Shown: positions 26,657 through 28,977 of the stretch, piece after piece
Numbering within the stretch: the stretch's first letter is position 1
Layout of the letters: each line of letters begins with the position of its first letter
DNA from: an uncultured Candidatus Poseidoniales archaeon
Lineage (GTDB): Archaea; Thermoplasmatota; Poseidoniia; Poseidoniales; Thalassarchaeaceae
Direction of reading: 5' to 3'
DNA length: 28,977 nt
NCBI GenBank assembly: GCA_964645485.1
Contig: CAZXZO010000003.1
Location: 4,590-33,566, forward strand
Made by a program: the position numbers and the translations under genes
Notes under the pieces: model-generated
The model's database searches: none
Told to the model about the DNA's origin: nothing
Seen by the model: the letters and a program-made list of their open reading frames with translations, nothing else

Positions 26657-27913
26657 TCACTCTTCTTCTGTGGAAGGCAAGGATAGTTTTGTGACTGTCC
26701 TTACGGATGTCGATACCAATTGTGGGTTTTTATCCGTGATATCTCTTGGAGCTCCTTCTGCAACTTTGAGTTTCTTCAATTTCTCACCAGCAGGAATTAT
26801 ACTGCCATCGTAGGCGCCGACTGCATCATTATAACCTGAAACCGCCGATGAAAGACCTCTCCCAATTTTTGCCAAATCTTCGCCAAATTTTGCTGCTCTA
26901 TCATAAAACGACCTAGCTGCAGATTGAATTTCTTTTGCATTTTCAGCCATAGAAACTTGATTCCAATAAATTGCAACTGTCTTCAACAATGCCATCAGTG
27001 TCACTGGTGTTGCAATTAATATTTGTTTTCTGAAAGCATATTCCTGTAATTCCGGGTCAATTTCATAGGCTGCAGACAGAATCGGTTCTGCTGGAATAAA
27101 CAAAACCGTGAAATCAGTACCATCCATCAATGATGGATAATCCCGCTTCACTAAATCATCAATGTGTTTCTTCACTTCTTTGGCATGTTCCGTCATCTTC
27201 AACAATCGTTTATTGGGATCTGTTAACTCTAATGCATCCCAATACGAAGCGAGAGGGACTTTTGCGTCAACTGGAATATCTCCACCGCCTGGAATCTTGG
27301 CCAGTAAATCAACTCGGGCACCACCTTTCCCCGACTTCAATGTAAATTCAACATCGAAATCACAATGTTCTAGCATGCCAGCAGCTTTGACAATATTCTT
27401 TAGTGATATTTGCCCCCAATTCCCCCTTGCTTGAATTGAACCACGTAGGGCAGTTGAAAGTTGAACATTCGTGTCACGAAGGTCTGTTGTTTGCTTGTGT
27501 AAAGTGTCTACAGTTCTCTTCAGTCCTTGATAAGCACCCTCTCGTTTTGTCTCCATTTCAGTTGTTGCTTTCTCTAATTTTGTCAATCCCTCATGAATCG
27601 GTTTGATTAGATTCTCAACTTCTTTCTTCCGTGCTTCTAAATCCTTACCAGATTCCGATTGGACCTTTCCGAGACGTTCTTCTGCAAGCCGCAAGAAATC
27701 CTCAGAATTTTGGCTGGCAACATCCTTTGCAACCTTGCTCATTTGAAGGTGTAAAAGCTCCTTGCTCGCATCCATCGCTTCTTCTTGAGCTCTCATCCTT
27801 TCCTCAGAACGTACTAATTCTGTTGAATATCGATTCTTAGCAATCAGCCAACCAACTGCGGCTCCAATCCCAAGGCCAATTATTGCTATAATCACGCTTT
27901 CAACTTCTACCAT
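26657..27913 (-). CDS. rmuC: RmuC family DNA recombination protein
   Basis: N-terminal TM (IIAIIGLGIGAAVGWL), coiled coil, RGNWGQISL, PVDAKVPL, VLFIPAEP, ATPVTLMALL. True start probably ATG 27913; the track extension to 28276 is antisense to asd. Confidence 0.9.
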   Translation of the reverse strand: MVEVESVIIAIIGLGIGAAVGWLIAKNRYSTELVRSEERMRAQEEAMDASKELLHLQMSKVAKDVASQNSEDFLRLAEERLGKVQSESGKDLEARKKEVENLIKPIHEGLTKLEKATTEMETKREGAYQGLKRTVDTLHKQTTDLRDTNVQLSTALRGSIQARGNWGQISLKNIVKAAGMLEHCDFDVEFTLKSGKGGARVDLLAKIPGGGDIPVDAKVPLASYWDALELTDPNKRLLKMTEHAKEVKKHIDDLVKRDYPSLMDGTDFTVLFIPAEPILSAAYEIDPELQEYAFRKQILIATPVTLMALLKTVAIYWNQVSMAENAKEIQSAARSFYDRAAKFGEDLAKIGRGLSSAVSGYNDAVGAYDGSIIPAGEKLKKLKVAEGAPRDITDKNPQLVSTSVRTVTKLSLPSTEEE

Positions 27914-28037
27914 CCTACAACCCCTAGATGCCACCCTATTTGAACGAATTGAACTTGAAGCGGCGGTCCAAGAAGATGTCGTCTTACCGACGTTTCTATG
28001 AAGAAGTGAGATAGTCGGACAAATCAGGGGATTGAGA

Positions 28038-28977
28038 ATGAAAGAGAAGGTTGCCCTCCTTGGTTCCAGCGGAATAGTCTCCCAACGATTCCAACAACGC
28101 TTAGCCAACCATCCGTGGTTTGAACTTGGAGCGGTTTTTGGAACCAAAGAAAATGCTGGAGAATCACTGAATGAATTAACCTGGAATCTCCCTGAATCTC
28201 GGCCAAAACTCCCTAACCTTGAGGTTATTTCTTGCCCCACAAGTGATTTGAATTTCCAATTAGAAAAATTAAACATCCAATTGGTTTTTTCAGCCCTACC
28301 TTCTGCTGCCGCATTAGAAATTGAACCACTTTTGAGACAGGCAGGAAAGCATGTTTTTTCGAATTCTGCCCCTTATCGTATGGATAGTGAAGTACCGCTG
28401 GTCATTCCTGAAATCAATCCTCAACACCTCTTACTTCTAGAGAGTCAAAAATCAAAATATCTTGGTGGTACAATCACATGTTCCACAAATTGCACTGTAA
28501 TGCCGGTGGTTATACCCTTGAAACCAATTATTGATGAACTTGGAATCAACTCAATCCAAGTTCAAAGTGAGCAGTCTCTTTCAGGGGGAGGGTTACAAAT
28601 GATAACCGATGCAAAGAACTCTGGAAATGTGGGGACTGAAATTTTCGGTGAAGCCGAAAAAATAGCCGAAGAAGCACACGTTTTACTTGGAGAGTTGAAT
28701 GGAAATGAAGTAATACCAGCAAAATTTACAACCGAGATTTCATGTAAGCGAGTTATGAGAAAATTTGGCCACCTTGTAAAAGTAGAAGTAGAATTGTCAA
28801 AAACTACAACTGTAGATGAAATTGAGTCCCTACTCGATAAATTTTCATCATTACCTCAAGAATTGGATTTACCATCAGCCCCACTAAAACCAATCATGGT
28901 GGTGAGATCAGAAATCGACCCAGATATCCATCAATGGGCAGGAGCTGAATCTTTAGAAAATCCAGACCCCGCCAACG
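28038..28977 (+). CDS. asd: Aspartate-semialdehyde dehydrogenase, truncated by the window end; absent from the ORF track
   Basis: Manual translation MKEKVALLGSSGIVSQRFQQRLANHPWFEL..FSALPS..SNSAPYRM..VPLVIPEIN..STNCT..QSLSGGG. Confidence 0.9.
   Translation, partial: MKEKVALLGSSGIVSQRFQQRLANHPWFELGAVFGTKENAGESLNELTWNLPESRPKLPNLEVISCPTSDLNFQLEKLNIQLVFSALPSAAALEIEPLLRQAGKHVFSNSAPYRMDSEVPLVIPEINPQHLLLLESQKSKYLGGTITCSTNCTVMPVVIPLKPIIDELGINSIQVQSEQSLSGGGLQMITDAKNSGNVGTEIFGEAEKIAEEAHVLLGELNGNEVIPAKFTTEISCKRVMRKFGHLVKVEVELSKTTTVDEIESLLDKFSSLPQELDLPSAPLKPIMVVRSEIDPDIHQWAGAESLENPDPAN

Noticed and set aside
27914-28276. N-terminal extension of RmuC (539-aa call)
   Set aside because: It is antisense to the clear asd reading frame; the RmuC TM segment begins right after ATG 27913.

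Overview
A compact, gene-dense archaeal housekeeping/envelope region. NMD3, a KaiC/RAD55-like ATPase, a bifunctional PGI/PMI, TATA-like boxes about 25 nt before start codons and a giant S8/CARDB-type protease point to Thermoplasmatota, probably Marine Group II (Ca. Poseidoniales); this taxonomy is inference. The window holds about 24 CDS: a NikR-like regulator divergent from a ZIP transporter, TrhO-like rhodanese, two NDP-sugar epimerases, BtpA, a DHA2 MFS pump, Maf, KaiC-like ATPase, GlmS, a 1638-aa S8 protease, rhomboid, a ccmA(B)-ccmC-ccmD-like cluster, NMD3, PGI/PMI, an M23 peptidase, a large membrane protein with a GT2, RmuC and a 3'-truncated Asd. I saw no rRNA, tRNA, CRISPR array, integrase or transposase. 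The most unusual observations are: (1) a slightly diverged 3x91-bp tandem array that copies the 3' end of maf and carries a 16-bp palindrome in each unit, plus a 42-bp tandem repeat at the window start; (2) a NikR-family regulator with a His-to-Cys altered metal site facing a ZIP9-like transporter that has a duplicated loop module; (3) an apparent CcmA-CcmB fusion; (4) a rhomboid upstream of a membrane-anchored S8 protease, both ending in Cys-motif domains; (5) an M23 peptidase in an archaeon; (6) a 52-aa CxxC..CxxC ORF missed by the ORF track. No clearly new multi-gene system is proven by the sequence alone, and all family calls come from motif recognition, not database searches.
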